DNA of 64,000 nucleotides from Escherichia coli (GTDB lineage Bacteria; Pseudomonadota; Gammaproteobacteria; Enterobacterales; Enterobacteriaceae): NCBI RefSeq assembly GCF_003018255.1, contig NZ_CP027440.1; one strand, 5' to 3'. Shown piece by piece: positions 35,552 to 50,354 of this stretch (position 1 is its first letter; each line of letters starts with the position of its first letter). The notes under the pieces were generated by a model. It saw only the letters and a program-made list of their open reading frames with translations, ran no database searches and was not told where the DNA came from. The position numbers and the translations under genes were made by a program.

Positions 35552-38074
35552 TTAATGACATGTCACACCTTGTTCAATTAAGCCGCTTTCACTTTCTGGT
35601 ATTGAAAGTGAATAATCGAAGGTGCATGTAGTGGCGGCATTTTCTCCCCAGGAGAGCATCACCTGCCCTTTTTCAGGAAGGCCCGAGAGATAAAGCTCCC
35701 CCTGGTCACCGACAATTCCTGAATCAGCGGAGCTTGTATTTTGTACTGTAGCAATAGCGCCAAAAGGTGCTGGTTTACCTTTTGTACCCGCAACCCTGAA
35801 AAGCACACGATAACCAACACGAGTAACAAATTCGGCCTTAACCACTGCACCACGGGTGGGAACCATCGTAACGACGGTATTATCAAGTTCTATATTCGAC
35901 TTCGAGAAATAGTTATCGCTGATTGCTACCCGGTTTTCATCATAAGGGTTTAGCTGTGTCTTGACCGTATAGCCGCGCCAGTCCGTCGCAGCACCGCGCA
36001 TATTGTCTATTTCTAACCCGGCAGCCCCTGGTGCTTTAACAAGAGCTATGGTTTCACCCAACTCCTGGCTTAACGTTACGCCTTCGCTGTGCGCCAGAAT
36101 TCCCCCTCTGATACCATAATTCAGCCTCTGAGAATTTTGGCTGTAGTTATAGCTGCCGTTCACCGTGCCATAAGTGCCATCATAGGTCAGGGACATATTA
36201 CCGCCAACCTCATCATCATGGCTGTTATAGGACTGCATTAAATTCCAGGAAAGGTTATTTCTTTCCAGCGCCGTACCGCTGAGTCCAAGTTGATGTGAGC
36301 TACCGGAATTATCGTTTTGTGAAACAGAATAGGTGGCGTAACTATTTCCCCACCAGCCCGATAAAGGAACAGATAAAGAGAGCATGTAGATCTGCTCACT
36401 GGTGTTATCACTGGCATGGTTGTTCCCCGTCCCCTGCCGGGCAGTATTGGAATAACTCCAGGAGACGTTCCACGAGAGACGCTTCCAGCTACTGCTGTAG
36501 CCAAATTGCATTAATCGTTCAACATCATCGGTATGCCAGTACTGCTGGCGACTTAATGTCAGATATAAGTTGCCATAGTCTCTGCCCAGTGATTGCGTTA
36601 ACGTTCCTTCCACACGGCTGCGGCGGTTACCGGTTTCCCAGAAATCTTCAGGATTATTACGCCGCGACGCCCATTCATTGAGAGTATAGTAACCTTCGGT
36701 GGAGTAACGATAGCCAACCAGGCGCAAGCTGGTATCCGTATCGTCAAAGCGTTTCGAATACAGAAAGCGATAAGACTGACCGGTTTCCGTATCAGCATGG
36801 CTAAATTTCGCACGGGCATGTGTCACATCGAAAGAAATTGCACCCAGTGCGCCAAGCTCTTTACCGACACCCAAAGCGGCAGAACCATACTTTTCAGCAG
36901 CCTGCATACCTCCATACAAGGTGAAACCGTAGGGAAAACCATGAAGGATCTGCACCTGAAGAACGTCAGGGGTAAAGCCATCTTCATCGCGTAATTCTCC
37001 CACACTGACATCAACATCAGTTTGACCTTCACGTTTGAGGATGGCTAACGACGCATAAGGTTGAGTAAATCGTTGTTCGCTACCGTCTTCTTCTTTGATG
37101 GTTACGTCCAGATCACCACCTGTACTGGCGGTGTTGAGGTCGGTAATTTCAAAAGCACCTTGTGGAACGGCTGACTGATAAATCACGTAGCCATTCTGGC
37201 GAATAATGACAGTGGCGTTAGACTTTGCAATCCCACGCACTACGGGGGCAAATCCGTTTTGGCTGGCAGGCAACATATCGTTATCGGTATACAAGCGTGC
37301 GCCACGAATTTGCGTACTGTCGAAGATATCGCTCGCCGTCCACGTATCACCTATCATAATCTGGCTTCTTAACGCAGCTATATCACGTTGTATCCAGGTG
37401 CTTATAGAGTTGTATTCTGCACTGCCATCGGTCGTATTTAAGGTGCTGTAATTGCGTAATCGCCACGGCCCAATATTCAGTCCATTGCGCAGATTGAGAT
37501 AACTGGTATCTGTCTCTTGTGAACCATAATCCGAACGTAGAGTATGTGAACCAGAAAAATCGTAGTTGATGGTGAGCGCGTTAATCCCCTCATCCCAACG
37601 CGAGGGGCTGATGTAATCATAAGCCATCGCATCCATATAGATTTGGGGAATGGAGATATTCAGTTGCAGTTTATCGCTGTCGAACTGCCATGATGAGCCT
37701 TCAATGCGTGGCCCAGGATCAATACAGACTGTTTCATCTACATCATTGAGCGATTTCAGCGCATCAACTTTTACGCCAAAGGTGGTTAGCGTTTTTTTAA
37801 TAGCGACAAAGCAGGCGTGTAAATCAGCATCGGGATTATCCTGAACAAAGGTCACATCCTGACGTTCAAACATTTTACCGTTGATAAAAATATCAACGCT
37901 ATAAACACCAGGGGGCATCAGGTTTGCCCGATTAAACTGGCGAATATCGACTCCGGATTGATGGTCGATTTCCAGAAGCGCCGGATTGAATACACTGACC
38001 TCGGCCATCAGGCTTTGCGAGAAAATCAGACACGTCCCTGCCGTGAGGCCAACCACTATTCTGGTCGTCATCAT
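35552..38074 (-). CDS. lpfC: Fimbrial outer membrane usher (LpfC-like)
   Basis: 840 aa uninterrupted ORF with signal peptide; typical usher length and composition (Gly/Tyr/Ser-rich beta-barrel). Confidence 0.9.
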   Translation of the reverse strand: MMTTRIVVGLTAGTCLIFSQSLMAEVSVFNPALLEIDHQSGVDIRQFNRANLMPPGVYSVDIFINGKMFERQDVTFVQDNPDADLHACFVAIKKTLTTFGVKVDALKSLNDVDETVCIDPGPRIEGSSWQFDSDKLQLNISIPQIYMDAMAYDYISPSRWDEGINALTINYDFSGSHTLRSDYGSQETDTSYLNLRNGLNIGPWRLRNYSTLNTTDGSAEYNSISTWIQRDIAALRSQIMIGDTWTASDIFDSTQIRGARLYTDNDMLPASQNGFAPVVRGIAKSNATVIIRQNGYVIYQSAVPQGAFEITDLNTASTGGDLDVTIKEEDGSEQRFTQPYASLAILKREGQTDVDVSVGELRDEDGFTPDVLQVQILHGFPYGFTLYGGMQAAEKYGSAALGVGKELGALGAISFDVTHARAKFSHADTETGQSYRFLYSKRFDDTDTSLRLVGYRYSTEGYYTLNEWASRRNNPEDFWETGNRRSRVEGTLTQSLGRDYGNLYLTLSRQQYWHTDDVERLMQFGYSSSWKRLSWNVSWSYSNTARQGTGNNHASDNTSEQIYMLSLSVPLSGWWGNSYATYSVSQNDNSGSSHQLGLSGTALERNNLSWNLMQSYNSHDDEVGGNMSLTYDGTYGTVNGSYNYSQNSQRLNYGIRGGILAHSEGVTLSQELGETIALVKAPGAAGLEIDNMRGAATDWRGYTVKTQLNPYDENRVAISDNYFSKSNIELDNTVVTMVPTRGAVVKAEFVTRVGYRVLFRVAGTKGKPAPFGAIATVQNTSSADSGIVGDQGELYLSGLPEKGQVMLSWGENAATTCTFDYSLSIPESESGLIEQGVTCH

Positions 38075-38098
38075 AATACGCCTATCCTTATCCCTTGC

Positions 38099-38830
38099 TT
38101 ATAGCGTCATTTTTATCGGGTCACTGACTGCGCCGTAATCATTAATAAATCGCCAGGTCATTTGACCTCCCGCAGAATTAGCAGGTAAAGGTAACGTGAG
38201 CGTTTCAAAAGGACGGATCATGTTGAGGGGCACATCATGACCATCAACGATGACATCCATCACACTGATATGAATCGGGTTGGGATTCTCTGCAATCAGG
38301 TTTCGCCCTTCCCGGTGCCACTTCACCTTCGGTGCAGCATCTTCGGGAATCAGGCGAATGCTTGCCGGTCGCCAGAACAGCTTGATACGCGTTTTAACTG
38401 CGATTTCCAGTGAGTTCGCCGCTTTGTTGCTCGCAGAGGGCGGAATATTTTTAATATTCAGCCAGAAGACTGACTCGCGATCATCAGGCAATGACACACC
38501 TTTGGTATGAATAATGCGTAATACTTTTTCTTGCGCGGGTTCTAATCGTGATACCGGAGGAATAACGGTAAACGGTGCTTTGCTTTTATCCTCTTTATTA
38601 AACGGATCTACCCATGCCTGGATGAGATAAGGAATTTTTTCTTCCTTGCTAAATACAGAAATAGATTTATCTGGGTTATTACTTAAGTAAACTACCCGTG
38701 TACCACCAATGACAACGCCTGCATAGGTTAATGCTGGTTGGACTAAAAAAACACTGAGTATAATCGCGGTAAATAACTTACATGAAACGGTTGTTTTAAA
38801 GAGCCTGATTAAACAACTTTTTCTGGACAT
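38099..38830 (-). CDS. lpfB: Fimbrial periplasmic chaperone (PapD/FimC family, LpfB-like)
   Basis: 243 aa; immunoglobulin-like chaperone hallmarks (GGTRVVY near the N-terminus, IKLFWRP mid-protein). Confidence 0.9.
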   Translation of the reverse strand: MSRKSCLIRLFKTTVSCKLFTAIILSVFLVQPALTYAGVVIGGTRVVYLSNNPDKSISVFSKEEKIPYLIQAWVDPFNKEDKSKAPFTVIPPVSRLEPAQEKVLRIIHTKGVSLPDDRESVFWLNIKNIPPSASNKAANSLEIAVKTRIKLFWRPASIRLIPEDAAPKVKWHREGRNLIAENPNPIHISVMDVIVDGHDVPLNMIRPFETLTLPLPANSAGGQMTWRFINDYGAVSDPIKMTL

Positions 38831-38877
38831 AACGACTCCCTGGCCAAAGCCAACTGAATAAAAAGGCCCTTGATAAA

Positions 38878-39450
38878 TTATTTCTTATATTCGACAGTAA
38901 ATTGTGAATCGGCGTTCGCCGTACCCGCCGTTACGGTTGCATTGGTTGCCACATAGCGTGCAATAAACTTCATTTCAGCCTTGCCTTCAGCGTCGATAGC
39001 GGTATAGGCAGAATCGTTATAAAGTTTAACCTGCGAGTTATCTGACTGGTTAAAAATACGAATACCGACACCCGTTGCCGCAATCGCTTGTCCTGTACCG
39101 GTAAAATCGCCAGGGTTGCCCGCTGTAAGCGGCGTACCCACTTTCAGGTCGCCGTCGCCGCCAGGCGCTTCTGTACCATCAAAACGAACGGCTGCCTGAG
39201 TGTAGGTTGCCGGGCACTTTTCAAGTTTAATACTGAACTGCTGTGGTGACGCCAGACTACCTACACCTGAAAATGCATTTTTACTGACTTTACCCAGTGG
39301 GACGGTTTGATCGGCTGTATCGGAGGTAACTTCACAAGTAGTGTCGACAATTTCACCGACGAAGTGAACAACACCATCTTCTGCCAGTGCATGTCCGGCC
39401 AGCATTAAAGATGCCAGAGTGAATGCACCGCCTATAATATTACGCTTCAT
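38878..39450 (-). CDS. lpfA: Fimbrial major subunit (FimA/LpfA-like)
   Basis: 190 aa, signal peptide MKRNIIGGAFTLASLMLAGHALA, conserved CxxxxxxC pair and C-terminal ...QFTVEYKK donor-strand motif typical of type 1-class pilins. Confidence 0.88.
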   Translation of the reverse strand: MKRNIIGGAFTLASLMLAGHALAEDGVVHFVGEIVDTTCEVTSDTADQTVPLGKVSKNAFSGVGSLASPQQFSIKLEKCPATYTQAAVRFDGTEAPGGDGDLKVGTPLTAGNPGDFTGTGQAIAATGVGIRIFNQSDNSQVKLYNDSAYTAIDAEGKAEMKFIARYVATNATVTAGTANADSQFTVEYKK

Positions 39451-39711
39451 AAAAACTCCATTGATATAATATATCCTTTACCATGAATCATCACTTATAT
39501 TAATAAGTGTATTTTTGATCCAAAGGAATAGTACACCAAAGAGACAACTTTATCCAAAAATAATATTAATCACTCAATCTTAAATATAAATTATTATTTA
39601 AATATTATTAAAACAGCAAGAAATCAAGTTTATTATCAGACATTAGCAATAATTCAGAATATATTTATATCAATGGGCATATGAATAATGGAATTATTGA
39701 TATCACTTATA

Positions 39712-39745
39712 AAAAAGGGCCGCCGGTCGGCAGCCCTTTTCTATC
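39712..39745 (-). terminator. glmS transcription terminator; contains the expected Tn7 attachment point (attTn7)
   Basis: GC-rich hairpin with T-run 12-45 nt downstream of the glmS stop. attTn7 is known to lie about 25 bp past the glmS stop inside this terminator; no Tn7 end repeats are present. Confidence 0.65.
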
Positions 39746-39756
39746 AACGAGAGATA

Positions 39757-41586
39757 TTACTCAACCGTAACCGATTTCGCCAGGTTACGCGGCTGGTCAA
39801 CGTCGGTGCCTTTGATCAGCGCAACGTGGTAAGCCAGTAGCTGCAGCGGAACGGTGTAGAAGATTGGTGCAATCACCTCTTCCACATGCGGCATCTCAAT
39901 GATGTGCATGTTGTCACTGCTCACAAAACCCGCATCCTGATCGGCGAAGACATACAACTGACCGCCACGCGCGCGAACTTCTTCAATGTTAGATTTCAGT
40001 TTTTCCAACAACTCGTTATTCGGCGCAACGACGATAACCGGCATATCGGCGTCAATCAGCGCCAGCGGGCCGTGTTTCAGTTCGCCCGCAGCGTAGGCTT
40101 CAGCGTGAATGTAAGAGATCTCTTTCAGCTTCAATGCACCTTCCAGCGCGATTGGGTACTGATCGCCACGGCCCAGGAACAGCGCGTGATGTTTGTCAGA
40201 GAAATCTTCTGCCAGCGCTTCAATGCGTTTGTCCTGAGACAGCATCTGCTCAATACGGCTCGGCAGCGCCTGCAGACCATGCACAATGTCATGTTCAATG
40301 GAGGCATCCAGACCTTTCAGGCGAGACAGCTTCGCCACCAGCATCAACAGCACAGTTAACTGAGTGGTGAATGCTTTAGTGGATGCCACGCCGATTTCCG
40401 TACCGGCGTTGGTCATCAGCGCCAGATCGGATTCGCGCACCAGAGAAGAACCCGGAACGTTACAGATTGCCAGCGAACCAAGGTAACCCAGCTCTTTCGA
40501 CAGACGCAGGCCCGCCAGGGTATCCGCGGTTTCGCCAGACTGTGACAAGGTGATCATCAGGCTGTTACGACGCACGGCAGATTTGCGATAGCGGAATTCA
40601 GAGGCGATTTCGACGTCGCACGGAATACCTGCCAGCGATTCAAACCAGTAGCGGGAAACCATACCGGAGTTATAAGAAGTACCACAGGCGAGGATCTGAA
40701 TATGCTCAACCTTCGACAGCAGTTCGTCGGCGTTCGGTCCCAGCTCGCTTAAATCAACCTGACCGTGGCTGATGCGCCCGGTAAGGGTGTTTTTGATCGC
40801 GTTCGGTTGTTCGTAGATCTCTTTCTGCATGTAGTGACGGTAAATACCTTTATCGCCCGCGTCATATTGCAGATTGGATTCAATATCCTGACGTTTTACT
40901 TCCGCGCCAGTTTTATCGAAAATGTTTACCGAACGGCGAGTGATTTCCGCAATATCGCCCTCTTCAAGGAAGATAAAGCGACGAGTCACTGGCAACAGCG
41001 CCAGCTGGTCAGAAGCGATAAAGTTTTCGCCCATGCCCAGACCAATCACCAGCGGGCTACCAGAACGTGCCGCCAGCAGGGTATCCGGGTGACGGGAGTC
41101 CATGATCACTGTACCGTACGCACCACGCAGTTGCGGAATAGCACGCAGAACTGCCTCACGCAGAGTACCGCCTTGTTTCAGCTCCCAGTTCACCAAATGT
41201 GCAATCACTTCGGTGTCGGTTTCAGAAACGAAGGTATAGCCACGCGCTTTTAACTCTTCACGCAGCGGTTCATGGTTTTCGATGATGCCGTTATGCACCA
41301 CCACAATGTGTTCAGAAACATGCGGATGCGCGTTAGCTTCTGAAGGTTCACCGTGGGTCGCCCAGCGAGTATGAGCAATACCGGTGCCGCCATGCAGAGG
41401 ATGTTCTTCCGCTGCCTGAGCCAGCATCTGTACTTTACCGAGGCGACGCAGGCGGGTCATATGACCTTCTGCATCAACAACGGCCAGACCGGCAGAGTCA
41501 TATCCGCGGTATTCCAGACGACGTAAACCTTCAAGAAGGATTTCTGCTACATCACGTTGCGCGATCGCGCCAACAATTCCACACAT
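39757..41586 (-). CDS. glmS: Glutamine--fructose-6-phosphate aminotransferase
   Basis: 609 aa, [38 protein letters not shown]... ending ...KSVTVE. Confidence 0.98.
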   Translation of the reverse strand: MCGIVGAIAQRDVAEILLEGLRRLEYRGYDSAGLAVVDAEGHMTRLRRLGKVQMLAQAAEEHPLHGGTGIAHTRWATHGEPSEANAHPHVSEHIVVVHNGIIENHEPLREELKARGYTFVSETDTEVIAHLVNWELKQGGTLREAVLRAIPQLRGAYGTVIMDSRHPDTLLAARSGSPLVIGLGMGENFIASDQLALLPVTRRFIFLEEGDIAEITRRSVNIFDKTGAEVKRQDIESNLQYDAGDKGIYRHYMQKEIYEQPNAIKNTLTGRISHGQVDLSELGPNADELLSKVEHIQILACGTSYNSGMVSRYWFESLAGIPCDVEIASEFRYRKSAVRRNSLMITLSQSGETADTLAGLRLSKELGYLGSLAICNVPGSSLVRESDLALMTNAGTEIGVASTKAFTTQLTVLLMLVAKLSRLKGLDASIEHDIVHGLQALPSRIEQMLSQDKRIEALAEDFSDKHHALFLGRGDQYPIALEGALKLKEISYIHAEAYAAGELKHGPLALIDADMPVIVVAPNNELLEKLKSNIEEVRARGGQLYVFADQDAGFVSSDNMHIIEMPHVEEVIAPIFYTVPLQLLAYHVALIKGTDVDQPRNLAKSVTVE

Positions 41587-41747
41587 AGTTTTTGATTCCG
41601 ATTTATATCGTTGTCGGTCAACCTGTATGCCCGTTTTTTCGGGCGCCCCGAGCCTTGTAGAGAGTGGGGTTATTTTTATAGTTACTGCTTGTGGGCGGGA
41701 GATTATGTTATCTCCTCATCCCATATGACCGGATTTCCCAGCCAGAA

Positions 41748-43118
41748 TTACTTTTTCTTTACCGGACGACGCCAGCCTTCTTTTTGCGACTGCGGCACAC
41801 GGCTGATTGCCAGAGCATTTTCGCCGACATTACGCGTCACAGTTGTACCCGCAGCAATGGTTGCGCCTTTGCCTACCGTTACCGGGGCCACCAGCTGAGT
41901 ATCGGAACCAACAAACACATCGTCGCCGATAATGGTCTTAAATTTATTCGCACCGTCGTAGTTGCAGGTAATGGTTCCCGCGCCGATGTTAACGTTATCG
42001 CCAATTTCCGCATCGCCCAGATAAGTCAGATGCCCGGCTTTCGAGCCTTTACCCAGACGCGCTTTTTTCATCTCAACGAAGTTACCGACGTGTGCACCTT
42101 CCAGCAACTCAGCACCAGGACGCAGACGGGCAAACGGGCCAATGGTACAGGCCGCTGCCAGATTCGCATCTTCCACAACGGTATACGGACTGATTTCGCA
42201 ATCATCGCCAATCACGCTGTTTTTAATCACGCAACCGGTGCCGATTTTCACGCGATGACCGAGAGTCACGTTGCCCTCGATGATAACGTTAGTATCAATT
42301 TCAACATCGCGCCCGTGAGTAAGCGTACCGCGCAGATCAAAACGCGCCGGATCGCGCAGCATAACGCCTGCTAACAGCAGTTTTTCAGCCTGTTCAGACT
42401 GGTAAACGCGCTCCAGTCGGGAGAGTTGCAGGCGGTTATTCACGCCTTCTACTTCGCTTAAACGTTGCGGATGAACGGCGACGATTTCACGCCCTTCCTG
42501 ATACGCCAGCGCAATAATGTCGGTGATGTAGTATTCACCCTGAGCGTTATTGTTGGTCAGCTTCGCCAGCCAGCGTTTCATATCTGCGCCGTTGGCAATC
42601 AGAATGCCGGTGTTGATCTCCTGAATCTGACGCTGCTCGTCGGTGGCGTCTTTGTGCTCAACAATGCCGGTAACTTTGCCGTTTTCACGGGTGATACGTC
42701 CATAACCGGTCGGATCATCCAGTTTTACCGTCAGCAGACCAATGCCACCCTGCGGTTTAGCATCACGCAGACGCTGGAGTGTTTCGACAGAGATCAGCGG
42801 CACGTCGCCGTAGAGCATTAAAATGTCTTCATCATCGGCAAAGAAAGGTGCGGCCTGCTGCATCGCATGACCTGTACCCAGCTGTTCTGCCTGAAGCACC
42901 CAGTTCAGGTTGTCATCTTTCAGCGCCTGTTTAAGCAGATCGCCGCCGTGACCGTAAACCAGGTGAACGTGCGCTGCGCCTAATTCATTCGCAGCATCAA
43001 TGACATGCTGAACCATCGCTTTCCCGGCAAGGGTATGCAGCACTTTCGGAAGATCGGAATACATGCGCGTGCCTTTGCCTGCGGCAAGGATCACTACGCT
43101 CATAGCATTATTCAACAT
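41748..43118 (-). CDS. glmU: Bifunctional GlcNAc-1-P uridyltransferase / GlcN-1-P acetyltransferase
   Basis: 456 aa, [28 protein letters not shown]...; left-handed beta-helix hexapeptide repeats in the C-terminal half. Confidence 0.98.
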   Translation of the reverse strand: MLNNAMSVVILAAGKGTRMYSDLPKVLHTLAGKAMVQHVIDAANELGAAHVHLVYGHGGDLLKQALKDDNLNWVLQAEQLGTGHAMQQAAPFFADDEDILMLYGDVPLISVETLQRLRDAKPQGGIGLLTVKLDDPTGYGRITRENGKVTGIVEHKDATDEQRQIQEINTGILIANGADMKRWLAKLTNNNAQGEYYITDIIALAYQEGREIVAVHPQRLSEVEGVNNRLQLSRLERVYQSEQAEKLLLAGVMLRDPARFDLRGTLTHGRDVEIDTNVIIEGNVTLGHRVKIGTGCVIKNSVIGDDCEISPYTVVEDANLAAACTIGPFARLRPGAELLEGAHVGNFVEMKKARLGKGSKAGHLTYLGDAEIGDNVNIGAGTITCNYDGANKFKTIIGDDVFVGSDTQLVAPVTVGKGATIAAGTTVTRNVGENALAISRVPQSQKEGWRRPVKKK

Positions 43119-43419
43119 ACGCGTCCTGACTGTAATTTGAGAACGAATTTAAACCGCTTCACCTTGAAAAAACTACATTTTTTTCATCGTGAAATGGACA
43201 GAGGATAAATTGTTCAATAACGGATTATCCCCGCTGACGAAAGCGCCATTTTCGACCATCGTCACACCTTTTGTCTGCAGAAAATTAAGGCAGTACCTTC
43301 ATTTAAGCGTCAGGTGGATGTTTTTGCTCTTATTTCGATCAATGAATAAACGGGAAAACAGGGGGTTTTATATCAGCAGGATCTATGTGAACGTTCTTCA
43401 GGACGGGTCACGCGTAAAA

Positions 43420-43450
43420 AAAGCCAGCCTGTTTCCAGACTGGCTTTTGT
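43420..43450 (-). terminator. atp operon intrinsic terminator downstream of atpC
   Basis: Transcript-strand AGCCAG...CTGGCT hairpin followed by TTTTTTT. Confidence 0.7.
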
Positions 43451-43466
43451 GCTTTTCAAGCCGGTG

Positions 43467-43886
43467 TTACATCGCTTTTTTGGTCAACTCGATAACGCGC
43501 AGCTGCGCGATCGCTTTGGCCAGTTCCGCAGACGCCTGAGCGTAATCTACGTCGCCGTGAGAGCTGCTAATGTGCTCTTCAGCCTTACGTTTCGCTTCCA
43601 TGGCTCGCGCTTCGTCGAGATCCTGGCCGCGAATTGCGGTGTCGGCCAGAACGGTCACGTTGCCAGGCTGCACTTCAAGAATGCCGCCAGACAGATAGAT
43701 AAACTCTTCGTGACCGTGCTGTTTCACGATGCGAATCATACCAGGCTTAATGGCGGTGAGCAGCGGTGCGTGGCCAGGATAGATCCCCAGTTCACCTTCG
43801 CTACCCGTTACCTGGATTTTCTCGACCAGACCAGAGAACATTTGTTGCTCTGCACTGACGACGTCCAGGTGGTAAGTCATTGCCAT
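43467..43886 (-). CDS. atpC: ATP synthase F1 epsilon subunit
   Basis: 139 aa, [49 protein letters not shown]... Confidence 0.97.
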
Positions 43887-43906
43887 ATCACCCTCCGATT
43901 AAGGCG

Positions 43907-46179
<2,273 letters not shown>

Positions 46180-46229
46180 GAGCTTCTCCTCAATGCCTTG
46201 CGGCCTGCCCTAAGGCAAGCCGCCAGACG

Positions 46230-47771
46230 TTACCAGGATTGGGTTGCTTTGAAGGAATCGAGGATGCCTTTCAGCTTGCCTTCGATTTCGTCGTTGTAGC
46301 CACCGGTCTGGTTGATCTCTTGCATCAACGGAGCGTGATCACGGTCGACGTAAGCCAGCAGAGCGGCTTCGAAGCTGCCGATTTTCGACAGTTCTACATC
46401 CGCCAGGTAACCACGTTCTGCTGCGAACAGAACCAGAGACTGTTGCGCAACAGACATCGGCGCATACTGTTTCTGCTTCAGCAGTTCGGTCACTTTCTGA
46501 CCGTGGTCAAGCTGCTTACGTGTTGCATCGTCAAGGTCGGATGCAAACTGAGAGAACGCTGCCAGTTCACGATACTGTGCCAGAGCGGTACGGATACCAC
46601 CGGACAGTTTTTTCATGATCTTGGTCTGTGCTGCACCACCAACACGGGATACGGAAATACCCGGGTTAACCGCAGGACGAATACCGGCGTTGAACAGGTT
46701 GGTTTCCAGGAAGATCTGACCATCGGTAATGGAGATTACGTTGGTTGGAACGAACGCAGAAACGTCACCCGCCTGAGTTTCGATAATCGGCAGCGCAGTC
46801 AGAGAACCGGTTTTCCCTTTCACTTCACCTTTGGTGAAGGCTTCAACGTATTCGGCGTTAACACGCGCAGCACGCTCCAGCAGACGAGAGTGGAGGTAGA
46901 ATACGTCGCCCGGGAATGCTTCACGTCCTGGCGGACGACGGAGCAGCAGGGAGATCTGACGGTAAGCAACAGCCTGTTTAGACAGGTCATCGTAAATGAT
47001 CAGCGCATCTTCACCGCGGTCACGGAAGTATTCGCCCATTGCACAACCAGCGTACGGTGCCAGGTATTGCAGTGCAGCGGATTCAGACGCGGTTGCTACC
47101 ACAACGATGGTGTTAGCCAGTGCGCCGTGCTCTTCCAGTTTACGTACCACGTTAGAAATGGTGGACGCTTTCTGGCCGATAGCGACATAGATACATTTGA
47201 TACCGGAATCGCGCTGGTTGATGATGGCATCGATAGCCAGTGCGGTTTTACCGGTCTGACGGTCACCGATGATCAATTCACGCTGACCACGACCGATTGG
47301 GATCATGGAGTCAACGGCTTTATAACCGGTCTGTACCGGCTGATCTACGGACTGACGTTCGATAACGCCCGGAGCGATTGCTTCTACAGCAGAGAAGCCG
47401 TCGTGATCCAGCGGACCTTTACCGTCGATTGGTGCACCCAGAGTGTTAACCACACGGCCCAGCAGGCCACGGCCAACCGGAACTTCCAGGATACGGCCAG
47501 TACACTTAACTTTCATGCCTTCGGCAAGGTCAGCGTACGGACCCATAACAACCGCACCTACAGAGTCGCGCTCGAGGTTCAGTGCGATAGCGTAACGGTT
47601 ACCCGGCAGGGAGATCATTTCACCCTGCATACAATCGGCCAGGCCGTGAATGCGGATAACACCGTCACTTACAGAAACAATAGTACCTTCGTTGTGAGCT
47701 TCACTCACAACATTGAACTGAGCAATGCGCTGCTTGATCAGTTCGCTGATTTCGGTGGAATTCAGTTGCAT
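46230..47771 (-). CDS. atpA: ATP synthase F1 alpha subunit
   Basis: 513 aa, [44 protein letters not shown]...; Walker A GDRQTGKT. Confidence 0.98.
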
Positions 47772-47783
47772 GCTCCAGTCCCC

Positions 47784-48317
47784 TTAAGACTGCAAGACGT
47801 CTGCAAGGCGCTCAAGACGACCGCGTACGCTGCCATCAATGACCATATCACCCGCTCGGATGATAACGCCTGCCATTACAGACTTATCGATTTTGCAATT
47901 CAGCTTAACTTTGCGTGACAGACGTTTTTCCATCGCAGCAGAAATTTTCGCGAGCTGTTGTTCACTCAGTGCGGCAGCGGAAATGACGTCTACCTCAGCG
48001 GTAGCCTCACTCACGGCACGCAGGTGAATAAACTGCTCCAGAACATCCGGGAGCGCGTTAAGACGACCATTTTCAGCCATAACCCGAATCAGGTTCTGAC
48101 CGTTTTCGTCCAGTTGCTCACCACAAACTGCGATAAACGACTCGGCGAGCGTTTCTGGCGCAAGCGCGCCAGAGAGAAGCTCTGCCATTTGTTCGTTTTT
48201 GGTTACCTCGGCGGCAAACGCCAGCATGTCCTGCCAGCGTTCTACACTTTGGTGTTCGACGGCAAAGTCAAAAGCTGCTTTGGCGTAGGGGCGAGCTACC
48301 GTAATAAATTCAGACAT
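47784..48317 (-). CDS. atpH: ATP synthase F1 delta subunit
   Basis: 177 aa, [32 protein letters not shown]... Confidence 0.97.
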
Positions 48318-48331
48318 CAGCCCCTCCCTCC

Positions 48332-48802
48332 TTACAGTTCAGCGACAAGTTTATCCACGATGTCGCTGTTAGCAGCTTCATCCACGGAACGTTCGATGAT
48401 CTTCTCGGCGCCAGCAACAGCCAGGATAGCAACTTGCTTACGCAGCTCTTCACGGGCACGTTTACGCTCGGCTTCAATTTCCGCCTGCGCCTGGGCCACG
48501 ATTTTAGTACGTTCCTGTTCTGCCTCAGCTTTCGCTTCGTCCAGAATCTGCGAGCGGCGTTTGTTAGCCTGCTCGATGATTACCTGGGCTTCCGCTTTCG
48601 CTTTTTTCAGCTGGTCGGTCGCGCTGGCCTTTGCAAGGTCAAGGTCCTTATGTGCTCGTTCTGCGGAAGCAAGGCCGTCAGCAATTTCTTTTTGACGTTT
48701 TTCGATGGCTGCCATTAATGGCGGCCATACGTACTTCATGCAGAACAGAACGAACAGGACAAACGCGATGGCCTGGCCGAGGATTGTTGCGTTAAGATTC
48801 AC
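48332..48802 (-). CDS. atpF: ATP synthase Fo subunit b
   Basis: 156 aa, [44 protein letters not shown]... Confidence 0.97.
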
Positions 48803-48846
48803 AGCACAATGCCTCTATTTAGTTAACGTTCTGATATTGCTCTTTA

Positions 48847-49121
<275 letters not shown>

Positions 49122-49149
49122 TCAGTTAAAACGTAGTAGTGTTGGTAAA

Positions 49150-50354
<1,205 letters not shown>

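Noticed and set aside
39451..39760. Possible Tn7 or other transposon ends at the glmS-proximal island boundary
   Set aside because: No Tn7 22-bp end repeats, no inverted terminal repeats and no transposase fragments seen by eye; the boundary cannot be placed precisely without a comparison genome.
46239..47918. 559-codon ORF on the plus strand, antisense to atpA and atpH
   Set aside because: It lies wholly inside well-supported atp genes on the opposite strand. Highly expressed genes avoid TTA, CTA and TCA, whose reverse complements are the stop codons, so the antisense frame stays open by chance. No independent start context or homology.
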